This document shows, piece by piece, positions 1 to 11,156 of a stretch of 64,000 bases of DNA. The translations under genes were made by a program, and so were the position numbers. This stretch comes from Narcine bancroftii (taxonomy: Eukaryota): the NCBI RefSeq assembly GCF_036971445.1, contig NC_091480.1, forward strand, positions 99,634,001-99,698,000. Direction: 5' to 3'. The notes beneath the pieces are model-generated. The model was not told the origin of the DNA and made no database searches. It saw only the letters and a list, made by a program, of their open reading frames with translations. Position 1 is the first letter of the stretch; every line of letters starts with the position of its first letter.

Positions 1-213
1 GGCGGGGGACGGCGGGGGGCTGGCGGGGGGACCGGCGTGGGGCCGGCGGGGGGCCGGCGGGGGGACCGGCCGGGGGACGGCGGGGGGCCGGCGGGGGGCC
101 GGCGGGGGGCCGGCGGGGGACGGCGGGGGGCTGGCGGGGGACGGCGGGGGGCCGGCGGGGGACGGCGGGGGACCGGCGGGGGGACGGCGGGGGGCCGGCG
201 GGGGACGGCGGGG
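1..213. repeat. G-rich ~11-12 bp minisatellite (ggcggggg-gac/gcc), runs off the window edge
   Basis: Tandem GGCGGGGG(G)AC/CC units are directly visible; G-quadruplex potential on the + strand. Confidence 0.9.
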
Positions 214-479
214 AGATGCCAGGTACCGAACCGAGATATGAGGAGGTGGCGAGGGGCTCCCGGTTTCCTGGTCGGTTCGGATCTGGAGCTGGGTTGCCGA
301 TGCTTTGGACTGGACTCTGTGGGGGCTGCGGAGGGGAATCCACGGACACGGAGACTCCGTGGGACTCGCTTTTGCTTCTCTCTCGCTTCAGGCGAATCTG
401 TCCGCCATCCAGCAGACGAAAGCAATTTCGTGTAATATGCCACTGTTTCATTACATGACAATAAAGTAAACCTTGAGTG

Positions 480-720
480 GACGGACCGAATGGCGGCTCT
501 CTGGGCACTCACCCCTGTCCGCTCTTTGCATGCCCTCTCCGGCCGGCACAGCCGCAATGCGCATGCGGGTGTGAAAACCTCTGCCGGCACGACCGCGACG
601 CGCACGCGCCTGGAAACAGTCGACCGGTCGGGCGGAGTCGGCGGGTGAGATCGGGAGCAGGGGAGAAGCAGCGGGCCGCTGCCGGTGGGTGTTACCGAGA
701 ATCGGTGGGGCCTCTGGCGG
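480..720. promoter_or_regulatory. CpG-island promoter of TACO1 with NRF1-type motifs
   Basis: CpG-dense; TGCGCATGCG at 558-567 and CGCGCACGCGC at 599-609 (NRF1 consensus, typical of nuclear-encoded mitochondrial genes); GC box GGGCGG ~630; YY1-like AATGGCGG ~489; candidate non-coding exon 1 donors GTGAGA (645) or GTGGGT (685). Confidence 0.7.
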
Positions 721-732
721 CCGGCCTAGCCT

Positions 733-1042
733 TGGAGCGGGGCCTGAGAATGGAGCTGCGGCCCCGGGGTGGAGCGGGGCCTGGGAATGGAGCTGCGGCC
801 CCGGGGTGGAGCGGGGCCTGGGAATGGAGCTGTGACCCAGGGGTGGAGCGGGGCCTGGGAATGGAGCTGTGACCCCGGGGTGGAGCAGGGCCTGGGAATG
901 GAGCTGTGACCCCGGGGTGGAGCAGGGCCTGGGAATGGAGCTGTGACCCCGGGGTGGAGCAGGGCCTGGGAATGGAGCTGTGACCCCGGGGTGGAGCAGG
1001 GCCTGGGAATGGAGCTGTGACCCCGGGGTGGAGCGGGGCCTG
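733..1042. repeat. 37-bp minisatellite, ~8 copies
   Basis: Unit ggaatggagctgtgaccccggggtggagcagggcctg; period measured 821->858. Confidence 0.95.
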
Positions 1043-1470
1043 GATGTTGTTTCCTCAGCACAACTGCAGGTTGAGGGTGAGCTGATAGACGTTTATAAAC
1101 CAGACAAAGGTCCCCTGAAATGGAGTGGACAAGATCCGAATGGAGCACCTAGAACACTGCACTCAACCACAGTGCTGTTGCGAAGACTCGAACTGCAGCC
1201 CAGGGACACCAGAGTCTGGAGGCTCTGGAACCTGCAGCAAAGACAGATGCACTGGGGTTTGTGGTGGAATAGTCTTCACTGGTCTGGGTGTGTACTATCC
1301 AGCATCTCTCAGGGAGCCTGACACCATCTCGAGAAAGCACCCAGCTTGATTACAATCATGTGATCTTGATTATTTTTTCCACTGATGCTACAAAACGTTC
1401 AGCAGTTACTCAAGCTACGCTGACAGAACTTCCGCTTTGATTCAGGACTTGAATCACTGGTGAAACACCA

Positions 1471-1626
1471 GTCTTTCATCCACACTGGATCTAAATGTCA
1501 GAGTGTCTGCCCACAGGACAAATCTTTCATCCTGACTGGATCTAAATGTCGGAGTGTCTGCCCACAGGACAAATCTTTCATCCTGACTGGATCTAAATGT
1601 CGGAGTGTCTGCCCACAGGACAAATT
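1471..1626. repeat. 51-bp tandem repeat, 3 copies
   Basis: Unit aaatctttcatcctgactggatctaaatgtcggagtgtctgcccacaggac. Confidence 0.95.
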
Positions 1627-1654
1627 TAGGCATACAGCACCATGACACCCATGC

Positions 1655-1800
1655 TGCCCAATTACACCTAAATGACTGACGACTCCCGTGCAATTTGAAG
1701 GTGGGAGGAAACCCATGCAGACACCAGGACAACATACAAACTGGTTACAGACTCGAACCCGGATCGCTGGCGCTGTAACAGCATTGCTCTAACTGCTCTA
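1655..1800 (-). mobile_element. tRNA-derived V-SINE (HE1-like) copy
   Basis: Reverse complement of the B-box GGTTCGAGTC and the GGGTTTCCTCCCAC core shared with many copies in the window. Confidence 0.65.
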
Positions 1801-1934
1801 CCCTCACATTTGTTAAATATATCCCAAAACCTTTAATCTGCTCCATTTGTTCCACATACCATCAGCAAAGGAGGATCGATTCTCTATCAGAATCGTTCAT
1901 GAACCTCAATTTAACCCCTTTTATTCCAAGAAAA

Positions 1935-2240
1935 ACGATCAGAATCAGGATTTATTGTCATGAACGAGTCATGAAATTCAGTGTTTGCAGCAGCGTCTTA
2001 GTTCAAACATTCATATAACCATCTTATGACATTATTATAAAAATAAAATAATAACAGGGCACGAAAAGTCAGGCTGCGGCTTGGGTTCATTGATTGTTCA
2101 AGAATCTGATGGCGGAGGGGAAGAAGCTGTCCTTGTGCTGATGAGTGTTCGTCTTTAGGCTCCTGTACTTTTTCCCCAATGGTAGCAGAGTGAAGAGGGT
2201 ACGGCCTGGATGGTGGGGTCTTTGAGGATAGAGGCTGTTT
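1935..2240 (-). mobile_element. Rex1/Babar-like LINE 3' fragment
   Basis: Homologous to 31300-31600 ([18 protein letters not shown]-type C-terminus, ATGACAATAAA tail on the minus strand). Confidence 0.65.
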
Positions 2241-2426
2241 TTAAACTCAACTGGTCCAATCTAATCTTGGATGTTTTGAAATGATTGTATTTTGATAATA
2301 TTGTCCTATGCATATGACCACATTTTTTACTTGTTGCAGCTGAACGCTAACACACCTTTAGTAAACTTGCTGTATTCATTGGCTTTGTGTGTCCATTTTT
2401 GCAGTTGATCGATAAGATTTGTCACC

Positions 2427-2733
2427 ATGGCCAGAGCTGCTACACTTCGAAGTGTTTGCTTGTGGAACAGAAGTCACTCCCTGCTGTCACTGTGGAAACC
2501 AGCCAATTGTGTGGCAAAGCACAGAGTTCAGTTGTTGGCCTCTATTCCCATCTGCCTCCAGGCAAGCTGCTACCACTGTCTCCCAGTGCCACGTGCTGAG
2601 ATCCATTTGTCTGCAGCCAGCTGTGCAGGGCATAACAAGTGGTCAAAGGTGAAACACATCAAAGGGCCAAAAGATTCTGCCAAGAGTCAGATGTTTGCCA
2701 AGCTTTCCAACATGCTTCGCTTCGCTGTGAAAG
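2427..2733 (+). CDS. TACO1: TACO1 (translational activator of cytochrome c oxidase 1, YebC/PmpR family) coding exon 1
   Basis: Kozak gtcaccATGG; acceptor tttttgcag ends at 2404; presequence-like N-terminus followed by the signature AGHNKWSKVKHIKGPKD...RFAVK; donor G|gtaaca (phase 1). Confidence 0.95.
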
Positions 2734-2779
2734 GTAACAAGGGAATAATGGTGAATTTTCATTTCACTTTTTCTTTATT

Positions 2780-3005
2780 TTTGAGATACAGCGTGGTAAC
2801 ACGCCCTACCAGCCAATGAGCCTGTACCCCCCAAATACACCCACATGACCAATTAACCTACTAATCCCATACATCTTTGGAATGTAGGAGGAAACCGCAA
2901 CACTGCGGACACTAGGAGATTGTACAAGCTCCTACCAGACAGCAGCAGATTTGAACCCAGGTCGCTGGTGCAGTAACAGTGTTGCACTAACTGCTATGCC
3001 TACTG
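2780..3005 (-). mobile_element. V-SINE (HE1-like) copy
   Basis: gatttgaacccagg (reverse-complement B-box) and family core. Confidence 0.65.
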
Positions 3006-3049
3006 TGTCTCTCGTTGATTTGGATTTACTTCATTTGCTGATGGAAATC

Positions 3050-3625
3050 AGTTGGTCCTGGAGGTTTATTTTGTTCATAAACTGAATGGCAACAATAATT
3101 CGAGGAAACATTTCTTACTAATATTTGTTAAAGTTTTCTTAGTACAGTATAAAATTTATGAAAATATTTGTTTCTCGAGATTGAATGACCCATTATTGTG
3201 TTCACTGGGTTATACTACTACATTAACAACCAGTTTACGATTAGAGAAATTTCAAATTACTTTTATATGTCTGGTGTTGGCTGTAGCTAGAAAATGGAAA
3301 AACGTCGTGGAATTGAATATACAAAGATGGCATAATGAATTAAAATGGTGTCTTTATTTAGAAAAGATAACTTATAACTTACGGAATAATTTTTTTTTCT
3401 CAAAATGTGAACTCCATATTTGAAATGTATGGAGTTGGATATATTGTAAATGTTTTAGGATGTAAAGGGTTGGCACACTCCACAGCAACTGATAATTACC
3501 TGAAATATGTATTTTGCTCCGACATGAGGGGAGGGGGGGGGGGATAAGGGTTAGTAAGGGTATAGTTTTTAGTGAGTTTTTTTTGTATGTATTTTTAAAA
3601 ATTTATAAATAGAGTTTTAAAAAAG
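3050..3625 (+). mobile_element. Old L1-like 3' fragment
   Basis: LAVARK..W...LEKITY motif shared with the L1 C-terminus at 40358-40530; G-tract and A-rich tail. Confidence 0.6.
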
Positions 3626-3714
3626 ATTCTAAGAATTTTTGCTTAAGGCTTTTATTGCTCAGTATTAGCTGCTGCTTTTGGTTGAGGAGAGCACTTGCTA
3701 TCTCTCTATGGATG

Positions 3715-3940
3715 GATGGCACTGTTAGTGTAGCAGTTAGTACAACACTATTACCACACAAGCATCCCAAATTTCAATCCAGCGCTGTCTGAAAGGAGTT
3801 TGTACATTCTCCTCATGTGTTCGTGGGTTTCCTCTGGGTGCTCTGGCTTCTTCCCACATTCCCAAGACATATGGTGTTGATAGGTTAATAGTCACATGGG
3901 TGTATTTGGGTGGTACAGGTTTGTGGGCCGGAAGAGCCAT
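3715..3940 (+). mobile_element. V-SINE (HE1-like) copy
   Basis: GGAGTTTGTACATTCTCC...GTGGGTTTCCTCTGGGTGCTCTGGCTTCTTCCCAC V-domain-like core. Confidence 0.7.
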
Positions 3941-3996
3941 GATGTATTAAACTGAAGACAGCAGGTGTGGATTGATTTTGTTCTGACTTTTTGCAG

Positions 3997-4103
3997 AAGG
4001 AGGTTCAAATCCTGAGTTTAACTCTCAGCTGGCAAATCTCATTGAGCAGTGCCGAGCTAAGAACATGCCGAAAGCATCCATTGAAGCTGCAATTAAAGGT
4101 GCA
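3997..4103 (+). CDS. TACO1: TACO1 coding exon 2
   Basis: tttttgcag| [36 protein letters not shown] |gtaagt; 107 nt; phases 1->0. Confidence 0.95.
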
Positions 4104-5527
4104 GTAAGTATTGCATTGCCATCTCCCAACCAGTCCAACTCAGGTTTTAAAGAATCTTTACTCTACCTTTCCACTTCATGCTCCATTCTTCAGAAGTTTA
4201 TTGTAATCTACAGTTGTATGACAATATTTCTGACATCATCAATTATTTGTCATAGTTTTATGGAGCTGTTAAAGAGAACCTAAGGCCATTGCCAAACTTG
4301 CCCAGTAACCTGGTCTGAGCCAAGAAATGCATAATTTGGACAGAATTCCTATAATTGGCCACCAAACGGTGGCGCCCATCTAGAAGACACTAGAATTGTC
4401 TTTTGGCACTCATTTATAAAAGTCCTTTAGGAGTTTTGATCATACATTTTGGAGATGCTTCATAGATTAAATACACTGATGTCAAGGGTAAAATTATTAA
4501 ATTAGGTGCACTGGTTGTGAGATCTTGGCTTATTTTTCCTTGAAAGAATTCTCAAGGGTGAATATGACGTTCAGCTGCAGTTAGTGTATTGTGTGCAGTC
4601 TGGTTGCTAAAGAGAAGGATGCAGTGGCGCTGAAGAAATCCATCAGATATTGCCTGGATTGGTTGACTTTCATTATGGGGGGGGGGGGGGGGGTTGCTTA
4701 GGCTGGCTTGCTTCCCCTCGAATGAAGAAGGTCGAGGGGAGACCTGAGAAATTAATGTAACTTTATAAGAGGCATCAGTAAGGATAGAAAAGCAAAATAG
4801 TTTTCCAGTGGTCGGAAGTATCAAAAACGAGGGCATAGTTTTGTGAGAGCCTGCAGATATGAAGAGGATCTTGCAGGTAAGAAAGTGGTTGATGCTGCCA
4901 GAGGAGGTGGTGGAATCAGATGCAGTTCTTATGTTTAAGAAGCAAGTAGCCAAGGCAGTGGAAAATATGGTCCTAAAATGGACAAATGAGAATCGGAGCG
5001 GCTGACCAAAAGTGGATCGAAGTTTCTGAAATATCTTGCACGTCACGCAGTAACTCTGGGAGAGGAAATGGGTTCATATTTCACGTTGAAGACCTTTCTT
5101 CAACATCTCAAAAGGCTCTTACTGCTGAAGATCAATTGATACTTTCAAGTATGGGATTGCTAGATTTTGTTATGGGATTTCAGAACAAATTGGAGTTTTG
5201 CTCTTTGGTTTGTCCACTGGATTAGAATTTGTAAGTGGACAGTTATGACTGGAAAGCCAGTAATCTGTGGGGTTCCAGGAGATGCAGCACTTTTCCCCCT
5301 GCTTTATGCAATGTATATTCGTGATGAAAAACTTAAATGCAGGCAGCACTTAAGTCAAAGCTGTTAGTGGGGTGGAAAATTTGAGATTGCAGAAAAATGT
5401 AGAAAGTCTGTTCTATGGAGCGCCAACGTGGCAAATAGAATTTAATCCTGAGAATTGTGGAATAATGTATTTGTGGTGTACAGCAAAGGAATATGAAATG
5501 AATTGGAGGATATTGAATGGTCTGGAG

Positions 5528-5862
5528 CAGGGTTTCCCAACCTTTGTCTTTCCACTCACATATCACTTTAAGTAATTCCTAAGCCATTGGTGCTCTGTGA
5601 TTAGAAAAGGTGAGATGTGGGTGGGAAGGGAAGGTTAAGAACCACTTCTCTTGACCCAATTGTTACTGAAGTATTTTGCTTGAGATTGGAGTTCTGAAAG
5701 CGTGCACGAGTCAATGAGGTTCGATTAAAACAGTGGTTTTCAAACTTTTTCTTCGCATTTACATACCACTTTATGTAATCCCTTACTAATCACAGAGCGC
5801 CTTTGGCATAGGGATTACTTAAAGTGGTATGTGAGTGGAAAGAAAAAGGTTGAGAACCACTG
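5528..5862. mobile_element. hAT/Charlie-type MITE (two hairpin units)
   Basis: Termini CAGGGTTTCCCAAC / GTTGAGAACCACTG, internal CAGTGGTTTTCAAAC at 5731; flanks gtctggag / atctatag resemble the NTCTAGAN Charlie target. Confidence 0.75.
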
Positions 5863-5889
5863 ATCTATAGTCAAGAAAGTGCTTGAAGC

Positions 5890-6225
5890 TATCATTAAGG
5901 AAGAAATAACAAGACATCCGGATGGAAATAGTCCCACCAGATAGACAGAGAATGTGTTGAGGGGGAAAAATTTTAGGAGAAACATTAGAGGAGGTTTCTT
6001 CACGCAGAGAGCGGTGGCTGAATGGAATAATCTTCCGGAGGAAATAGTTGAGGCAGAATCAATTCTTTCATTTAAGAGGATATATACATGGATAAGAGGG
6101 GGTTGGAGGGTTATGGGCGGAGAATAGGCAGGGGAATCTAGTGGAGTTGTTTGAGGAACTGGCGTGGACTTGAAGGGCCGAGGTGACCTGTTTCCATACC
6201 ATAAACTGTTATATGGTTATAAGGA
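5890..6225 (+). mobile_element. CR1 LINE 3' fragment
   Basis: FFTQRAVAEWNNLPEEIV-type CR1 C-terminus with gttata tail. Confidence 0.7.
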
Positions 6226-6971
6226 AGGTAGGCCGCTTTTGACAAATTTACTGACCGAGTTTCTTTTATTGTCATGTACATAATGTCCGTGATGTGCCAC
6301 CTCTACACTCCTGTAACCTCTGTAGCCTCAGGCCCTCCTCTCTGTTCCACTGGTGAACCTGAATCCAGGAATCTGTCATCCTCCACAGCCCCTCATTCCA
6401 ACCCCTAATACCACAAGGAAGTCATCAACACCCAAGGCCCTTAAAGAATCGCGTTCGCCATTAGTACCATCACAAATAAAAGATCAAGTTCAGATTTATT
6501 ATCAGAGTACATGTTGTACATGTCATGTGTTAATCCCTTTCCTTGATGGAGATTGGAAAAGAATGTCTGTTTCAGGACTCCAAATTGCATGGGCTGTACA
6601 GTGTAGCTGTCAGGATGTAACTCTGCTTTGGTATGAGGGATGTTTCACTTGACAATCCACCGAATTGTGAGACAGGATTGGTGGGAGTTTTTGAGTTCCG
6701 TGAGATGTCTGCTGTAGGTTTTAGAGGCATTTGGGAGGATGGTGATGACTCTGGTTAACATTTTGAGTTCTTGATCTTCAAATCTCCGTACTTCAGTTGT
6801 CCAAACCACAACACAAGAAAGGTGTGAATGCACTGCGGAGGAGAGCTGCAAAGATCTAACCACCAAGGAAAAATGCAGATATTGGATCTGAAATAAAAAC
6901 AGAAGATGGTGGGAGCAATATCCCTGAGGTGGATTGTCCTCTCAGAACCTCTTAGTCGTTGGTATTCATTT

Positions 6972-7205
6972 AGGGCGGCTCAGTTAGTGTAGCTGTTACA
7001 GCACCCACAACCATGGTTCAAATTGGATGGTGTCTGTAAGGCATTTGTACCATCTCTCATGTCTGTGTGGGTTTCCTCCAGGTGCTCCAGTTTCCTCCCA
7101 TCGTTCAAATCGTACCATGAGTGTTGGTTAATTGGGTGTAATATGGCAGTTTGGGCTGGTGGGCTGAAATGGCTTGTCACCGTGCTGTCTGTCTAAATTT
7201 AAACT
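6972..7205 (+). mobile_element. V-SINE (HE1-like) copy
   Basis: ggttcaaatt B-box; GGGTTTCCTCCAGGTGCTCCAGTTTCCTCCCA core. Confidence 0.7.
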
Positions 7206-7579
7206 ATAAATGTGCAGGACTCTGTCTTTGTTGAGAATGGAGGATTTCCTTCCATTTATATGGTGCCTTTCATGGCTTCAAGATGTTCTCAAATACTTGG
7301 CCAATTAAATCATAGAACATTACAGTATTAGGCCCTTCAGCCCACGATGTTGTGCCAAACTATGCAAACGTACTCCAGTACAATCTAACCCTTCCTTACT
7401 TCACACCCATATCCTTCTATTTTTCTTGCATCCATGCTCCTTCTGAATATACCTTTTGAATCAGCCTCCACCACCACCTGACGATGCATTCCATCAACCA
7501 CCACTCTCTGTAAATAAAAATTATCTCTGACATCTCCCCAAAACTTTTCCCACTCACATTAAACCTTGTATTTGCTCTT

Positions 7580-8179
7580 CTCTCTTTGGCTTGGCTTCGC
7601 GGACGAAGATTTATGGAGGGGGTAAAAAGTCCACGTCAGCTGCAGACTCGTTTGTGGCTGACAAGTCCGATGCGGGACAGGCAGACACGATTGCAGCGGT
7701 TGCAGGGGAAAATTGGTTGGTTGGGGATGGGTGTTGGGTTTTTCCTCCTTTGCCTTTTGTCAGTGAGGTAGGCTCTGCGGTCTTCTTCAAAGGAGGTTGC
7801 TGCCCGCCAAACTGTGAGGCGCCAAGATGCACGGTTTGAGGCGATATCAGCCCACTGGCGGTGGTCAATGTGGCAGGCACCAAGAGATTTCTTTAGGCAG
7901 TCCTTGTACCTTTTCTTTGGTGCACCTCTGTCACGGTGGCCAGTGGAGAGCTCGCCATATAACACGATCTTGGGAAGGCGATGGTCCTCCATTCTGGAGA
8001 CATGACCCATCCAGCGCAGCTGGATCTTCAGCAGCGTGGACTCGATGCTGTCGACCTCTGCCATCTCGAGTACTTCGACGTTAGGGATGTAAGCGCTCCA
8101 ATGGATGTTGAGGATGGAGCGGAGACAACGCTGGTGGAAGCGTTCTAGGAGCCGTAGGTGGTGCCGGTAGAGGACCTTA
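7580..8179 (-). mobile_element. RTE-clade (RTE-1/BovB-like) LINE, 5'-truncated, inserted in an older CR1 fragment
   Basis: QLRWMGHVSRMEDHRLPKIVLYGEL...GAPKKRYKDCLK and C-terminal C2H2-like CNRC...SH; 7-bp TSD tgctctt at 7573-7579 and 8180-8186. Confidence 0.85.
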
Positions 8180-8435
8180 TGCTCTTATCGCCATGGGTAA
8201 AAGGAGCTGGCTGTCCACCCAAAGTCCCTTACAGTTGAGTTTACCTCTGTTAAGTCACCTCTCATCCTTTGTCACTGCAAAGAGGAAAGCTGGTTAAATC
8301 ATTTCAAAGTTACCATAATTATAGGAAACAGGAGTTACTGTGCAAACAGCACAAACTTGCAAAATAGCTAGATGTAAATGACCAGATGGAGGAATAAATG
8401 CAGGTCAGATCACTGGAGATAAAGTAAATTCAGAA

Positions 8436-8620
8436 AAGTGCCCGAGAAACTCAACAGGTCCTGCAGCGTCCACAGGAGGCAAAAGTATATAAGCAATGTT
8501 TTGGGCCCAAACTCTTCATCAAGGTATGACAAAGCCTTAACAAAGGGCTCAGGACTGAAATGTTTGTTATATATCCTATGAATACCGCGGGGCTTGTTGA
8601 GTTTCTCCAGCACTTTTCTG
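8436..8620. mobile_element. Palindromic pair of Penelope-like terminal repeats
   Basis: gagaaactcaac...gttgagtttctc inverted arms; same family at 11690/12190, 18443-18615, 23768-24385, 57285 and 62700. Confidence 0.65.
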
Positions 8621-8750
8621 AATTTACTTTACTCCAGTGATCTGACATACAGGTGTTAATTGATCTACTTTGGGTTTTTTTGGGGGTGGGGGGAGAAACG
8701 GACTCATGGGCTGGAAGGGTCTGTAACCGTGCTGCACGTCTAAATTTAAG

Positions 8751-9826
8751 GAAGATAACAAGTACAAGAGTTTGTTCAATCTGGTTGCTTTGCAATCAAA
8801 CAGGGACCCGAGAGATGGAAGCAGGTATCTCTCCCACATGGTAATACACTGAACTAAGCCCCAACACCCCACCAACCGGTGTACAGCTCTGGAACCAGAC
8901 ATTGATTGGGGTTTGTCAGGCAAATCCTGCAGACTTCTGTGTTTCACTCCACTGGAGTAAAGTACCCTGCTCTTCTTTGAGATAGAATTGATATTTTCCT
9001 TGTGAAGTTTCTTCCAGCTTTTCACTTTCTAGAAACACAAGTCATAGACATTTTAAGCAGGGATGCTTTTAATCAGAAAACCTATGACACAAGAGACAAT
9101 TTAACCCATCAAGAGAAGCAGTCAGAAAAGAACTGCCCAGCCTGATTCCACCTCCCTGTATTTGATCTGTTCCCCCTGCCGCACCTTTCCAACTCCTGTT
9201 CAATGTGATGTCCCTCATCTCTTTTCTAATTCCTCTACCATTTATTTTAAATTGAAGCCCCTCTGTTTCTTCTCATTTCAATCTCCCCTCAACCATCACT
9301 GTTCCAAAAATTCCAGTCCTGGCACTCTCCTCTGCACCCTCTACAGAGTGCTCACCCTTTCCTGCGATGTGGTGACCAGGACCCTTGGGAAGTGGAAGGA
9401 ACCAGTGCAGTGACAACCTGTGCCATTGTTGTGTCGCGCTGGGTATTGTTCACAGTACTTCTGTCAGTATTTCACTGGTAGCTTTACCTCTTTAAAATGC
9501 TGCACTTTATTTGCCAGAAATCCAAGGCTTCAATCTATTCGCTGTATGAAGCGAGAGGTCCAGGAGGGTCATCCCTGCTCATTGAGGTTCTCACGGACAG
9601 CAACACCCGAACACTTCAGCAGCTGAAGAGCATTCTGAACAAAAACGGGTAAGTATAAGCCAAGGGCCAGTCTTTGCGGATTTCCCTGACAAGTCCCACT
9701 CAGTGCTGTGGGGTGGGGCTTAGTTCAGTGTATTACCATGTGGGAGAAATACCTGCTTCCATCTCTAGGTTCCCCATTTATTGGCAAAGCAACCAGATTG
9801 AATGAACTCTTAGACTCATATCTTCA
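8751..9826. repeat. Inverted duplication (arms ~8751-8935 and ~9668-9826) flanking TACO1 exon 3
   Basis: agagatggaagcaggtatctctcccacatggtaatacactgaactaagcccc (8811-8862) is the reverse complement of 9715-9766 with one mismatch; homology extends on both sides. Confidence 0.9.
9518..9648 (+). CDS. TACO1: TACO1 coding exon 3
   Basis: tttgccag| [44 protein letters not shown] |gtaagt; YE.RGPGG YebC motif; 131 nt; phases 0->2. Confidence 0.95.
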
Positions 9827-10680
9827 TTAAATTTAGACCTATGGCATGAGAACAGACTCTTCCAGCCCATGAGCCCGTGCCCCCCCCCAAATATCACAAT
9901 TACCCTACAACCCCGGTAAATTTTGAACAGTGGGAAGAAATCAGAACACTTGAAGAAAACCAATGCAGACATGGGAAGGATGTACAAACTCCTTACAGGC
10001 AGTTCTGGATTCCTACCCGGGTTGCTGGAGTAACAGGGTTGCATTAATTGCTAAAAGAATCTTTTCAGTTTTTATTTCCGTATTAGGTCTTGGGATTTGC
10101 CCATCTGGGAGCTGCTTGTGATGAGTCAAGGTGTAATGAATATGGGATAGCCCTTGATTTCTGTAGTTTGAGATGAATTTCCCATCTCTGCAAGGATCCT
10201 GCTGTTGTCTGATGTTATTGAATGACAGAGCAGGCTTGATGGGCAAGAAGGCTGACTCGTGCTCCTAGTTAATACCTCTTGTGCTACCTTCGCTCTCTGC
10301 CAGGGTTAAATGTAGAGCTTGCAGTATGGATTCAAGTTTGGATTTCCTTGCATGGCTGGAGATATGCTGAGAATGCTGATAGCTGAGTCCATGCCTGGCG
10401 CTTATAGCCTGCTACTGATAACACCAAGACACAGTAAACTGTTCCTACCCTCATCCCAAGCATACTTATCCCAATGTCTGACCCCATACCTTTGTACTCA
10501 CAACATTAACCGTCCACCCTCCTGTCATCACGCCACATGTATCCTTGACACCATCACACTTAACCCCTCGTATTCAGCTAATGGTCACAACTTACACTTG
10601 GTATCCACTTGTTGATCACACACGAGCGTTTCTAGACAATTACACCCAACACCATTTAAACCCTGTGCTGCTCATACTTT

Positions 10681-11156
10681 AATCTGTTTGTTCGAATCAC
10701 ATCTGGTACTTGTGTGCTCTTTTATCAAGAAATCCTGTTAAAACTGGAACCATTTCACATCAAACAGATGGTGTTCAATCTGTTCGTTCGAATCACATCT
10801 GGTACTTGTGTGGTCTTTTATCAAGAAATCCTGTTAAAACTGGAACCATTTCATATCAAACAGATGGTGTTCAATCTGTTCGTTCGAATCACATCTGGTA
10901 CTTGTGTGGTCTTTTATCAAGAAATCCTGTTAAAACTGGAACCATTTCACATCAAACAGATGGTGTTCAATCTGTTCGTTCGAATCACATCTGGTACTTG
11001 TGTGGTCTTTTATCAAGAAATCCTGTTAAAACTGGAACCATTTCACATCAAACAGATGGTGTTCAATCTGTTCGTTCGAATCACATCTGGTACTTGTGTG
11101 CTCTTTTATCAAGAAATCCTGTTAAAACTGGAACCATTTCACATCAAACAGATGGA
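10681..11156. repeat. 96-bp tandem repeat, ~5 near-identical copies
   Basis: Unit aatctgttcgttcgaatcacatctggtacttgtg...caaacagatggtgttc. Confidence 0.95.
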
